NCBI GenBank assembly: GCA_965217965.1
Contig: CBDCJQ010000002.1
Span: 139,225 to 203,224, forward strand
Direction of reading: 5' to 3'
Origin: Hanamia sp.
GTDB lineage: Bacteria; Bacteroidota; Bacteroidia; Chitinophagales; Chitinophagaceae
DNA: 64,000 nt
The stretch's first letter is position 1. Each line of letters starts with the position of its first letter. The notes under the pieces are model-generated. The model saw only the letters and a program-made list of their open reading frames with translations. It was not told the DNA's origin and searched no databases. The position numbers and the translations under genes are program-made. This document shows, piece by piece, positions 31,462 to 41,528 of this stretch.

Positions 31462-33792
31462 ATGTGGAAAAGCCTTGCGAAGTTTGTATTGGATAATAAA
31501 ATATTCCTGCTGATTGTTTTATTTTTAGCCACAGCCGCAATGGCTTTTTTCGCAAGCAAAATAAAACTCAGCTACGAATTTTCGAAAGCTATTCCTGTTG
31601 ATAATCCGAAGTACCGGGATTATATGTCCTTTAAAGAAAAATTTGGTGACGATGGAAATCTACTGGTGATCGGCATACAAACAGATAACTTTTTCACCCT
31701 TCAGAATTTTGCTGCTTACCGCGAATTAAATAACAGCCTGAAAAATGTTCCATACATTGAAAACGTTCTCAGTGTGTCAAATGCTATTGATCTTCTAAAA
31801 GATACTTCTACACAGAAGCTAAACGCTGTTCCCCTTTTCCCTCCTCATCTTAATTCGCAACAACAGCTTGATAGCAGCAAGCAACTTTTTTACACGCTTC
31901 CTTTTTACAATGGCATTTTGTATAACCCGGCAACAAAAGCTTATCTCTCTGCCGTAAGCATCAACAAAGAAATATTGAACACATCGGGCCGGACCAAAGT
32001 GATCAATAATATTATCAGGCTTACAAATGATTATACCGCAAAAACACATATTGAGACTCACATAAGCGGCTTGCCCCTTATCCGCACGCAGATAGCAGAC
32101 AGGCTTGCCAGGGAAATGAAATGGTTCATTATCGGTTCGCTGATATTGTCTGCCTTTATTCTGCTGCTGATGTTCCGCTCCGTTAAAACAACTTTGCTAT
32201 CGCTCCTCGTGGTAATCATTGGCGTGATCTGGAGCATCGGCATTACCTATCTCTTTGGTTATAAAATCACTTTGCTCACGGCGCTTATTCCGCCGCTTGT
32301 AGTGGTGATCGGCATTCCGAATTGCATTTATTTTTTAAATAAATATCATTCTACTTATAAAAAAACAGGAGATAAAAATCAATCGCTTATTGACATGGTA
32401 AGTAAAATGGGCGTTGTTACGCTCTTCTGTAATCTTACCGCTGCCATTGGTTTTGCGGTGTTTGCCTTAACCCAAAGTGCTATTTTAAAAGAATTTGGCG
32501 AGGTGGCCGGCCTTAGCATTATGCTGATTTTTGTGATCTCTTTTATACTTCTTCCTTCGGCGCTGAGCATGATGGATGTGCCAGGTAAAAGCCAGCTCAA
32601 ATACCTGGATTCAAAATTTTTTACCAACCTGCTATTGCGAATTGAGACCTGGGTGCTTCATCACAAACCTATCGTTTACGCCACCACGTTAGCCATTGTT
32701 ATTTTTTCCATAGCCGGTATTTTTAAGTTAAAAACGGAAGGTTTTATCGTGGATGATCTTCCCAAAACCGATAAGATTTATACAGACCTGAAGTTTTTCG
32801 AGAAAAATTTTAATGGTGTGATGCCGTTGGATATAGTGGTGGACACAAAAAAAAGATATGGGCTTGCAGGCGCCCGCGCCTTGCCCGTGCTGGAAAAAAT
32901 GGATTCATTATCGGCTTATATAACGGCACAAAAAGAAATGTCCCGCCCGCTCTCCATAGCCGAAGGGATCAAGTTTGTGAAGCAGGGCTTTTATGAAGGC
33001 GATTCATCTAACTATGCGTTGCCCAATTCTTTTGATGCCGCTTTTGTGGGTGAATATCTCAAGCCTTCAAAAGACAGTGGTGAAAAAAGCGGGCTCTCCA
33101 GGTTGCTGACAAGCTTTATAGATACCGCCCGGCAGAGCACCCGCATGAGCATCAACATGGCCGATGTGGGCACGAAGAGATTGCCCATAATATTGAAAGG
33201 AATAGGAACAAGGGCAGATGAAATTTTCGATACGGCAAAATATAATATCGTGTTTACCGGCGCTACCATTACTTTTTTAGAAGGAAGTAATTTTATCATT
33301 AATGGTTTACAGCAAAGCATACTTTGGGCATTTTTATTTATTTCATTATGCATGCTTTATCTCTTCCGCTCCTTTCGCATACTCATTTGTTCGCTTATTC
33401 CCAATATAATTCCGCTGGTGGTAACAGCAGGTATTATGGGTTGGGCAGGCGTAAGATTGAAGCCGTCCACCGTTCTTATATTTAGTGTGGCTCTTGGGAT
33501 AGCCATAGACGTTACCATCAGATTTTTAGTCAACTACAAACAGGAATTACCCGCTAATAATTTCGATATTCAAACAACAGTTTCAGAAACTATCAGGCAT
33601 ACCGGCCTTAGCATTCTATACACGTCATTAGTATTGATAGCTGGATTTATTATTTTTTGTTTTAGTGGTTTTGGCGGCACACAATCCCTCGGCTGGCTTA
33701 CTTCCGTCACTTTATTAACTGCAACCTTTACCAACCTGATATTGCTTCCTGTATTGTTGCTCGCTACAGGAAAGAAAAATCGAACGGTATAA
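31462..33792 (+). CDS. MMPL/RND superfamily transporter
   Basis: Two TM bundles, TLFCNLTAAIGF, GIAIDVTIRF, FSGFGGTQSLG. Confidence 0.9.
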   Translation: MWKSLAKFVLDNKIFLLIVLFLATAAMAFFASKIKLSYEFSKAIPVDNPKYRDYMSFKEKFGDDGNLLVIGIQTDNFFTLQNFAAYRELNNSLKNVPYIENVLSVSNAIDLLKDTSTQKLNAVPLFPPHLNSQQQLDSSKQLFYTLPFYNGILYNPATKAYLSAVSINKEILNTSGRTKVINNIIRLTNDYTAKTHIETHISGLPLIRTQIADRLAREMKWFIIGSLILSAFILLLMFRSVKTTLLSLLVVIIGVIWSIGITYLFGYKITLLTALIPPLVVVIGIPNCIYFLNKYHSTYKKTGDKNQSLIDMVSKMGVVTLFCNLTAAIGFAVFALTQSAILKEFGEVAGLSIMLIFVISFILLPSALSMMDVPGKSQLKYLDSKFFTNLLLRIETWVLHHKPIVYATTLAIVIFSIAGIFKLKTEGFIVDDLPKTDKIYTDLKFFEKNFNGVMPLDIVVDTKKRYGLAGARALPVLEKMDSLSAYITAQKEMSRPLSIAEGIKFVKQGFYEGDSSNYALPNSFDAAFVGEYLKPSKDSGEKSGLSRLLTSFIDTARQSTRMSINMADVGTKRLPIILKGIGTRADEIFDTAKYNIVFTGATITFLEGSNFIINGLQQSILWAFLFISLCMLYLFRSFRILICSLIPNIIPLVVTAGIMGWAGVRLKPSTVLIFSVALGIAIDVTIRFLVNYKQELPANNFDIQTTVSETIRHTGLSILYTSLVLIAGFIIFCFSGFGGTQSLGWLTSVTLLTATFTNLILLPVLLLATGKKNRTV

Positions 33793-33971
33793 ATATTTCA
33801 ATTCTGTTTAAAGCATTCATAAAAAAAGCCTATATAAATAATTCGTTGTGGAATTTATTCCTCATCACTTTACTATTAGAAGCTAAAAAGCCTTACAATG
33901 CTTACTGGTAGCGGCTTTACAAATAGGCATAAACTTTTCATAATAATTATTTCAACATACAAAATAATACT

Positions 33972-34748
33972 ATGCGGCCAATATGGACGGGTGCAATCGG
34001 TTTCGGGCTGGTGAACATCCCGGTAAAAATGTATAGTGCTACTCAATCAAGCAATCTCAATCTTGATATGCTGGATAAAAAGGATCATTCAAATATTAAG
34101 TACCAGCGCATCAATGAAAAGTCGGGAAAAGAAGTGGCGTGGGGAAGTATTGTAAAAGGCTACAAATTAGATGGTGAGTATGTAATATTAGATGACAAAG
34201 ACTTTGAAGCGGCAAGCGCTAAAAAAACCAAGACGATTGAAATTTCTGACTTTGTAAAAGAAGAAGAAATAAGCAGTCTTTATTATGAAACGCCCTATTA
34301 TCTTGAGCCGGATAAATCCGGCACGAGGCCTTATGAATTATTAAGACAGGCTTTATTAAAAACTAAAAAAGTAGGCGTAGCAAGCTTCGTAATGCGCAGC
34401 AAAGAAAGCCTTGCGATATTAAGACCCGATAACGATGTGATCGTTTTGAACCGTATAAGGTTTGAGGAAGAGATAAGAGCTACCGACGAGCTCACCCTTC
34501 CTAAAAATACAGATGTGAAACTCGCCGAATTAAAAATGGCCGTTTCACTTATTGATCAGCTCACAGCAAAATTTGATATTTCAAAATATAAAGACACTTA
34601 TAACGAGGAGCTATTAAAATTAATTAAAGCAAAGGCAGGTGGTAAGAAAATGAAAGTGCCTGAAATGAAAGTTGTTCACAGCAAAACAAAAGACTTGATG
34701 GAACAATTAAAAGCAAGCCTCGACATTAAACGTAAAAAAGCATCCTGA
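33972..34748 (+). CDS. ku: NHEJ Ku protein
   Basis: [37 protein letters not shown]. Confidence 0.97.
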   Translation: MRPIWTGAIGFGLVNIPVKMYSATQSSNLNLDMLDKKDHSNIKYQRINEKSGKEVAWGSIVKGYKLDGEYVILDDKDFEAASAKKTKTIEISDFVKEEEISSLYYETPYYLEPDKSGTRPYELLRQALLKTKKVGVASFVMRSKESLAILRPDNDVIVLNRIRFEEEIRATDELTLPKNTDVKLAELKMAVSLIDQLTAKFDISKYKDTYNEELLKLIKAKAGGKKMKVPEMKVVHSKTKDLMEQLKASLDIKRKKAS

Positions 34749-35353
34749 TGGCCCTATCCCAATATAATAAAAAAAGAAATTTTCAAGAAACATCTGAACC
34801 TGCCGGCAAATTGAAAAAGTCGGAGGCAAAACTTTCGTTTGTAGTACAGCGGCATAAAGCCTCCCGCCTTCATTACGATTTCAGATTGGAAATGGATGGT
34901 GCATTGAAAAGCTGGGCAGTACCAAAAGGCCCTTCATTGAATCCAAAAGATAAGCGATTAGCAATGATGGTGGAGGATCATCCTTACGATTACAAAGATT
35001 TTGCAGGCATTATTCCTGAAGGAAATTATGGGGCTGGCATCGTGGAGATATGGGATAGTGGCACCTATACCGACATTGATAATTCAGACAAGAAAACGGC
35101 TGAAAAAAATTTAAAAGCCGGGTTGAAATCAGGTGATTTTAAATTTCAACTATTTGGCAAAAAGCTAAAAGGCGAATTTGTTTTGGTAAAATTAAAAAGC
35201 AAAGAAGACAATAGCTGGCTGCTGATAAAGCATAATGATAAATATGCTGTTGCCGAAGAATATAACAGTGAGGATGATACACCGAAATCATCGCCGATCA
35301 ATAAGTTTCTCGCCGAAAAGAAAAAGGCTTCGCCGAAAAAAAAAAGTACGTAG
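34748..35353 (+). CDS. ligD: LigD 3'-phosphoesterase domain (possibly joined to the next ORF by recoding)
   Basis: FVVQRHKASRLHYDFRLE, LKSWAVPKG, VEDHP, WLLIK; TGATG overlap with ku. Confidence 0.92.
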   Translation: MALSQYNKKRNFQETSEPAGKLKKSEAKLSFVVQRHKASRLHYDFRLEMDGALKSWAVPKGPSLNPKDKRLAMMVEDHPYDYKDFAGIIPEGNYGAGIVEIWDSGTYTDIDNSDKKTAEKNLKAGLKSGDFKFQLFGKKLKGEFVLVKLKSKEDNSWLLIKHNDKYAVAEEYNSEDDTPKSSPINKFLAEKKKASPKKKST

Positions 35354-35400
35354 CAACCTCCATAAAGAAAGGCAGCAAGCTTAATAGTTTTATTAAGCCG

Positions 35401-37281
35401 ATGTTGGCAAAGGAAACTGAAAAACCTTTCGATAGTAAGGATTGGCTCTTCGAAATAAAGTGGGATGGATACAGAGCGATCGCGGAAATAAATAATCAGC
35501 GTGTCTCTCTTTATTCCAGAAATGGGATCACTTTTGAATACACATATCCAATAGTGGTAGAGCAGCTAAAACTGATAAAAGAAAAAGCGGTTCTGGATGG
35601 TGAAGTGATCGTGCTGGATAATGAGGGCCGCCCCAGTTTCCAGCTGCTGCAACACTATTCTGAAAATACACACAGATCTATACAATATTATATTTTCGAT
35701 TTGATTGAACTAAACGGCCACGATACTACAGGGCTCACACTCCTCGACCGGAAAGAATTACTGCAACAAATAATCCCGGAAAATGAAGTGATCAAATACT
35801 CCGATCACATATTAGAAAATGGCAAATCATTTTTCCAGGTTTCCACCGAAAAGAATCTTGAGGGAATAATGGCAAAAAAAATTGATTCGAAATATTACAT
35901 TGGAAAACGCACAACGGAGTGGCTTAAAATAAAAAATCATAAAACACAGGAAGCCATCATAGCAGGATATACAGAACCGGGCGGTGCACGAAAATACTTC
36001 GGGGCTTTGATTCTTGGCACTATGATAAATGACGAGCTCACCTATATCGGCCATACAGGAACAGGTTTTGATCAAAAATTATTAAAAGAAATGTATGAAA
36101 TGCTGCAGCCACTTGTGCAGGAAGATTCTCCTTTCGAAGAAAAGATTAAGACAAACATGCCGGTAATATGGGTCAGGCCTGAATTAATTTGTGAAGTAAA
36201 ATATGCTGAGGTGACCTCTGATGGTAAATTGCGGCACCCGGTTTTCATGCATTTAAGAGAAGATAAAAATTTAAACGAAGTGACTATGGCAAGCACGAAA
36301 CCTGTAAAAAAAGCAGCTCAAAAAAAAGCTGCTCCGGAGAAGACTAAAGCAGAAAAAAAGAAGAAACAAAAGAAGGACAAAACCTTCATTTTTGGAAGCT
36401 ATAAAATACAAGTTAGCCATCCGGATAAAATATATTTTCCGGAGGATGAGGTAACAAAAGGCGATGTAATCGAGTACTACATTTCTATGGCTGATTATAT
36501 TCTTCCTTACCTGAAAGGCAGGCCTGAATCACTCCTCCGAAATCCAAATGGTATTCATGAGAAAGGTTTTTTTCACAAAGATGCAGGAGAGAATGCGCCC
36601 GGTTTCGTGACGCGGCAATTGGTATTCTCAGAGTCCAATAAAAAAAACATCGATTATATTATTTGTGATAATAAAGCGACACTTACTTATTTAAATAATC
36701 TCGGCTGCATAGAAATAAATCCCTGGCATTCTACAGTAAAAGATCTTGACAAGCCGGACTATCTTATTATTGATATCGACCCTTCTGATAAAAACACTTT
36801 CGAGCAGGTAATAGAAGCGGCGAATGTAATTAAACAAATACTCGACAAAGCAGGAGCGCCGGGTTTTTGTAAAACCTCGGGTGCCTCGGGTATGCACATA
36901 TATGTGCCTACTGGTAAAAAATATACTTATGAACAGGTAAAAGATTTTACCTACCTCATTTGCATTATTGCAAATAATCAAATGAAAAATTTCACTACAC
37001 TGGAGCGAAGCTTAACAAAGAGAAGCAATAAGCATATATACCTTGACTATTTGCAAAACCGGAAAGGACAAACCATCTCCTCGGTTTATAGCTTAAGGCC
37101 AAAAGCCGGCGCCACCGTATCCACGCCACTACTGTGGAGCGAAGTAAAAAGCGGGCTATCTCCCAAACAATTTACCATACATAATATTAAGGAAAGAGTA
37201 AAAAAAGCCGGAGACATTTTCAAAGGCGTGCTTGGAAAAGGAATTGACTTAAAAAAATGCCTGGAAAATTTAGAAAATTAA
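35401..37281 (+). CDS. ligD: LigD ATP-dependent ligase plus primase-polymerase domains
   Basis: EIKWDGYR (KxDG), EGIMAKK, LRHPVF, DIDP, KTSGASGMHIYVP, DYLQN; frame open from 35305 with FIKP upstream of the first ATG. Confidence 0.93.
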   Translation: MLAKETEKPFDSKDWLFEIKWDGYRAIAEINNQRVSLYSRNGITFEYTYPIVVEQLKLIKEKAVLDGEVIVLDNEGRPSFQLLQHYSENTHRSIQYYIFDLIELNGHDTTGLTLLDRKELLQQIIPENEVIKYSDHILENGKSFFQVSTEKNLEGIMAKKIDSKYYIGKRTTEWLKIKNHKTQEAIIAGYTEPGGARKYFGALILGTMINDELTYIGHTGTGFDQKLLKEMYEMLQPLVQEDSPFEEKIKTNMPVIWVRPELICEVKYAEVTSDGKLRHPVFMHLREDKNLNEVTMASTKPVKKAAQKKAAPEKTKAEKKKKQKKDKTFIFGSYKIQVSHPDKIYFPEDEVTKGDVIEYYISMADYILPYLKGRPESLLRNPNGIHEKGFFHKDAGENAPGFVTRQLVFSESNKKNIDYIICDNKATLTYLNNLGCIEINPWHSTVKDLDKPDYLIIDIDPSDKNTFEQVIEAANVIKQILDKAGAPGFCKTSGASGMHIYVPTGKKYTYEQVKDFTYLICIIANNQMKNFTTLERSLTKRSNKHIYLDYLQNRKGQTISSVYSLRPKAGATVSTPLLWSEVKSGLSPKQFTIHNIKERVKKAGDIFKGVLGKGIDLKKCLENLEN

Positions 37282-37694
37282 AGGGAGAGAATTCTTTGAA
37301 AGATATTTTTCTTTTTTACCCGGGGCATGTTGCCATTCTCGTCACCTTTTTTTGAAATGAATTGAGTAACCCCATACTGTAAGGCTGTTCCTATGGCTTT
37401 TTTCACGAGCCCTGCAGACTTGCCCACCACCATTTTACGCGAAAAATAACCCGCACCTAAGCCTAAGGCAACTTTGAATAAATTGTGTTTCAATTCAGTA
37501 GACTCCTGCACCTCATGAATGGTAGTTTTAAGCAGATTTGTGGGTTTGAGGCTTACAAGAATCGTATGTACCTGCTCTTGTATATCGGCTTCTTGAAGCT
37601 CTGCCCTTCTTCTTAGCCGCTTAATGGCGGTATCCAAATCGGTAGTGTTAGCGACTTTTTCAAGTTTTTTATCTGCTATATCTTCAATATTCAT
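37278..37694 (-). CDS. Hypothetical stress-cluster protein
   Basis: 138-aa ORF third in the YtxH-holin-like operon; GLGAGYFSRK. Confidence 0.7.
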   Translation of the reverse strand: MNIEDIADKKLEKVANTTDLDTAIKRLRRRAELQEADIQEQVHTILVSLKPTNLLKTTIHEVQESTELKHNLFKVALGLGAGYFSRKMVVGKSAGLVKKAIGTALQYGVTQFISKKGDENGNMPRVKKKNIFQRILSL

Positions 37695-37716
37695 TCTATA
37701 GATTTTACTATCGAAA

Positions 37717-38100
37717 TTAGTCCATCATTTCTTTAATGAGACGGTTGCTCACAGGTTCTTTAAGAATATTTCCGCGGTTTACATACAGAACAAGTCCGAC
37801 AATAAGATATAATCCCGCAACAATGAAAAAGCCGTAATAGGTGGCTCCCAAAAGTTGACCAATCCATACGGCAAGGCCAATAGAGATACATAATATTGTT
37901 GTGAATAAAATCATTAATAATATTATCATTGATATCACAGTGGACATAAAACCTGAGACTTTATTGATAGCTATAAGCTTTACTAAATCAACTCTTGTCT
38001 CTGCATAGTCCTTTAATTTAGTAAAAAGTTCTTCCAGCCCTGTAGGACCATCTTCCACGGTTGTATTAACATTAATCATCGGACTTGTTTGTTTTTGCAA
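37717..38100 (-). CDS. Phage-holin-like (YqjE-type) membrane protein
   Basis: KDYAETRVDLVKL plus two TM segments. Confidence 0.75.
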   Translation of the reverse strand: MQKQTSPMINVNTTVEDGPTGLEELFTKLKDYAETRVDLVKLIAINKVSGFMSTVISMIILLMILFTTILCISIGLAVWIGQLLGATYYGFFIVAGLYLIVGLVLYVNRGNILKEPVSNRLIKEMMD

Positions 38101-38122
38101 ATGAAATAAATGAAAATAATCT

Positions 38123-38437
38123 TTAGCTATTCATTGTATTTCGTACATCGCCCTGCATAGCATTGGCTTTATCCTTTGCCTGGTTTACTAAATCGTTTCC
38201 CATGTCTTTACCTTCGGCAACAAGACCTGATAATTTCTGCTTTGCAGCATCATATTTTTCAGATATTACATCGGAATATTCACTGTATTTGTCCTTAACA
38301 GAATCGGCTAGGTCGGAACCTTTTTCAGCAATTTTTCTCCGTGTTTCTGTGCCTTTATCGGGGGCAAATAATATTCCTAATACGGCGCCTGCTGCGGCAC
38401 CCGCTAATACGCTTGCTAATACTTTTCCTGAGCCCAT
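38123..38437 (-). CDS. YtxH-domain protein
   Basis: GAAAGAVLGILFAPDKGTETRRKI. Confidence 0.92.
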   Translation of the reverse strand: MGSGKVLASVLAGAAAGAVLGILFAPDKGTETRRKIAEKGSDLADSVKDKYSEYSDVISEKYDAAKQKLSGLVAEGKDMGNDLVNQAKDKANAMQGDVRNTMNS

Positions 38438-38823
38438 GATTTTTAAGTTTTAAAGTTGTTTTAATTATTAATAGTTCAGCTATTTACCTACAATATTCTG
38501 CCAATAACCTATACACTGCAAAAAAAAACGCAAAACCCACTATAGTCAATGGTTTTATCATACTGCCTGCTGTCACCAAATAGCAAAATTTAGTATTTTC
38601 TGAGTAATATTTTTCCCACTATGAGGAGTTTATTTTAAACATTTAAGCGTAGTGATTTTTTATTTCGGCCAAACCCAATTAGTAACCGATCACTTAATAT
38701 AATTTTATTCTGGCATAATCTTAAGTAGCTAAATGGCTAACGGCCAATAATTTTTGGTGAAAATTTTATTCAAAAATATGGTTGAACAAATTTTTGATAA
38801 ACTATTGTGTGCAAAATCATTTT

Positions 38824-39309
38824 ATGCAAAAAAATAAAAAAGGCTTGTCCGGCTTCTTCAACCGGTTTTCAACAGCCGTTACAAAAGCTACAGGCGCTCC
38901 TGCTGCGTTCATATTAGCCACACTTTGCATAATTATCTGGGCGCTGCTTGGGCCTGTATTTGGATTTTCTGACACTTGGCAACTGGTAATAAATACCGGA
39001 ACAACAATTATTACATTTTTGATGGTTTTTATCATTCAACATTCTCAAAATAAAGACACCATTGCGCTTCAGTTAAAACTAAACGAGTTAATCGCTGCCA
39101 ACAGTAAAGCCAGTAATCGCCTCATAAGTATTGAAGACCTTACAGAAAATGAGCTTGAAATAATCAAAAAGTTTTACTCCCATCTTGCGGAAATGTCAAA
39201 AGACGAGAAAACAATTTTCAAAACACATTCACTAGATGAAGCGCAGGACAATGCCCAGGAAAAAAAGAAAAGATCTCAAAATAAACATAAAACAGATAAA
39301 TATGAATAA
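38824..39309 (+). CDS. Low-affinity iron permease (Fet4-like) family
   Basis: FSDTWQLVINTGTTIITFLMVFIIQHSQNKD, LKLNELI; ATG 38824 preferred. Confidence 0.9.
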   Translation: MQKNKKGLSGFFNRFSTAVTKATGAPAAFILATLCIIIWALLGPVFGFSDTWQLVINTGTTIITFLMVFIIQHSQNKDTIALQLKLNELIAANSKASNRLISIEDLTENELEIIKKFYSHLAEMSKDEKTIFKTHSLDEAQDNAQEKKKRSQNKHKTDKYE

Positions 39310-39475
39310 GTATAACTCAGGGAAAATACTTCTCTTGTTAACCGTTATTGTAATTTTCTTTAGCAGTTGTTCAGCTATTGCAGGCGTATTTAAGGCTGGT
39401 GTTTGGTTTGGTGTGATAGCTATCGTAGTTATAGTTGCCATCATTTTTTGGCTAATCAATAAAGCAAAGAAATAG
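39302..39475 (+). CDS. Small membrane lipoprotein
   Basis: SSCSAIAGVFKAGVWFG motif, ATG at 39302. Confidence 0.75.
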   Translation: MNKYNSGKILLLLTVIVIFFSSCSAIAGVFKAGVWFGVIAIVVIVAIIFWLINKAKK

Positions 39476-39639
39476 CTTAGATAAGTAAAATCTTTTTACG
39501 CAGTATGTGTTTACAAGATTCAAAAAAGACCTTTGCACTTTTTATTTGAGGCTACCTTTACTTCCCTTTTAAAGTAATTAGGCAGATGATGATATATGCT
39601 TAACTATAATACTTTTGAATAAAAGCCTTAAAAAAACAA

Positions 39640-41052
39640 ATGATCAGAAATTTCGTCGATAAGATTGCAGATCGCATCCGCATGGGATATTTGGCGGCAT
39701 TTTTATTGTTGTTGCTTTCATATATACTTACGTTCACATCCACCCAAAAATTAATAGACCAGGCGGGTTGGGTAACGCATACAAATGAGGTAATACATGA
39801 TTTGGATAATGTAATGGCAGCTATTACAAAAAGCGAATCAGCCTTCCGTGGGTATGTAATTACTAATAACAAAAATCTGCTGAATGATTATTATCAGAGC
39901 CGCGTTTATGCAGATTCCACTTTTGAAAGAGTGAAAAAAATTACTACAGAAAACCCATCGCAACAGGAGAAGCTGAAAAGCCTGCGGACAATGATGGACG
40001 AAAAAATTTTTTGGATCGATAAAGATATTTCACTTTTTGATTCTACACATAAAATTTCAAACAATTTCTTTGAATCGAGTAAAGAGGAAATCATGCAAAT
40101 GGTAAAGCTTGAAGCCCAGGTGCTTGAAATGGAACGACAGGAGAAAGCTTTGTTAAGTGTAAGAACTGCCAACGTAGCCAGGTATTCCAGCACAATAAAA
40201 ATAATTAATATTATCTCAATCATACTGGCAATACTTCTTACTATTTATTCTATCGTCACCTTCAATAAAGAAAATAAAGCAAAATTAAAGGCGGATCAGC
40301 AGGCAGAAGATTTCCGTAAACAGCTTGAGCAGCGCTTTGAAGAGCTCACTAAGCTTAACATTGAACTCATTGAATTACGGAATATAGAAAAATTTGCCGT
40401 TACAGGAAGAATTTCCCGGACTATAGCGCATGAAGTACGCAATCCGCTTACAAATATAAACCTCGCCGTGGAGCACTTGAAATCGGAGGTGGGAGAAAAT
40501 GAAGAAACAAATATGTTGTTTGATATGATCATGCGCAATACAGATCGCATCAATCAATTGATAAGTAATCTACTGAATTCCACCAGAACTTCTGAATTAA
40601 AATTTGTAAAAGCCTCAATAAATGATGTGCTGGACACAAGCCTTGAATTTGCTATTGATAGAATTGAATTAAAAAAAATAAAAGTGGTAAAGAACTATGA
40701 CACGGAAATTTGTCCCGTGTTGGTAAATAATGAAAAAATTTATATCGCTTTCTTAAACATTATTGTAAATGCCATTGAGGCTATGGAAGAGCATGGCACG
40801 CTGATACTTTCAACGGAGACTTTAGATAATCGCTGCGTAGCAAAAATTAGTGACACAGGTATTGGCATAAAAAAGGCAGATGTAGATAAATTATTTGAGC
40901 CTTATTTTACTACTAAAGAAAAGGGCCATGGACTTGGCCTCACAAATACACAAAATATAATACTAAGCCACAATGCAAAGATTGCGGCGGAAAGTTCTCC
41001 CGGAAAGGGCACCACTTTCATTCTAACTTTTGATTTTGCTACGCAAAATTGA
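39640..41052 (+). CDS. CHASE3 sensor histidine kinase
   Basis: WVTHTNEV..ESAFRGYVIT, H-box AHEVRNPL, N/G1/F/G2 boxes. Confidence 0.95.
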   Translation: MIRNFVDKIADRIRMGYLAAFLLLLLSYILTFTSTQKLIDQAGWVTHTNEVIHDLDNVMAAITKSESAFRGYVITNNKNLLNDYYQSRVYADSTFERVKKITTENPSQQEKLKSLRTMMDEKIFWIDKDISLFDSTHKISNNFFESSKEEIMQMVKLEAQVLEMERQEKALLSVRTANVARYSSTIKIINIISIILAILLTIYSIVTFNKENKAKLKADQQAEDFRKQLEQRFEELTKLNIELIELRNIEKFAVTGRISRTIAHEVRNPLTNINLAVEHLKSEVGENEETNMLFDMIMRNTDRINQLISNLLNSTRTSELKFVKASINDVLDTSLEFAIDRIELKKIKVVKNYDTEICPVLVNNEKIYIAFLNIIVNAIEAMEEHGTLILSTETLDNRCVAKISDTGIGIKKADVDKLFEPYFTTKEKGHGLGLTNTQNIILSHNAKIAAESSPGKGTTFILTFDFATQN

Positions 41053-41059
41053 GTTGCAA

Positions 41060-41262
41060 TATTTGGATTTAATAACGAATAAAGATCTAACAATTGCACA
41101 TCCCAATCCATGTAAAATCCGCCTGTATGATAAATTAATAAATATCTTGCTTTTATATGCTCCCTTGCCGTGATTTGCGCAAGTTGAAACGCTTGTAAAG
41201 CAAAAGGATATTCTGCCGCTATAAATTCGCTTAACAGATGTTCGGTATTACGGTGTCTCTTT
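41060..41262 (-). pseudogene. Relic of a GT32 (DxD sugar-binding) glycosyltransferase
   Basis: Startless frame EFIAAEYPF..ARYLLIYHTGGFYMDWDV resembles RY-x-LY-x2-GG-x-Y-x-DxD. Confidence 0.55.
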
Positions 41263-41528
41263 TTTCAATTGATAAGTTATTCCCCATCATCAATTCACAT
41301 TTTTCAAATTCTCTTTTCTTTCAAAAAAATGTAATAAGCCTCCCCATACTCTTCGTTATAAACCGCAATTTTGCCTGCACCAATTTTTTATAGAACGAAT
41401 TTAGAGCGCCTTCAAAATGCAAACAAAAAAGTATTTATTATGTTGTTGAAAGTAAAAGGGAAAGCTCTTTTAATGAAAGAATAAATTTATACAATATGAT
41501 AATTGCTTTATTTTAACGTGAAAAAAAC

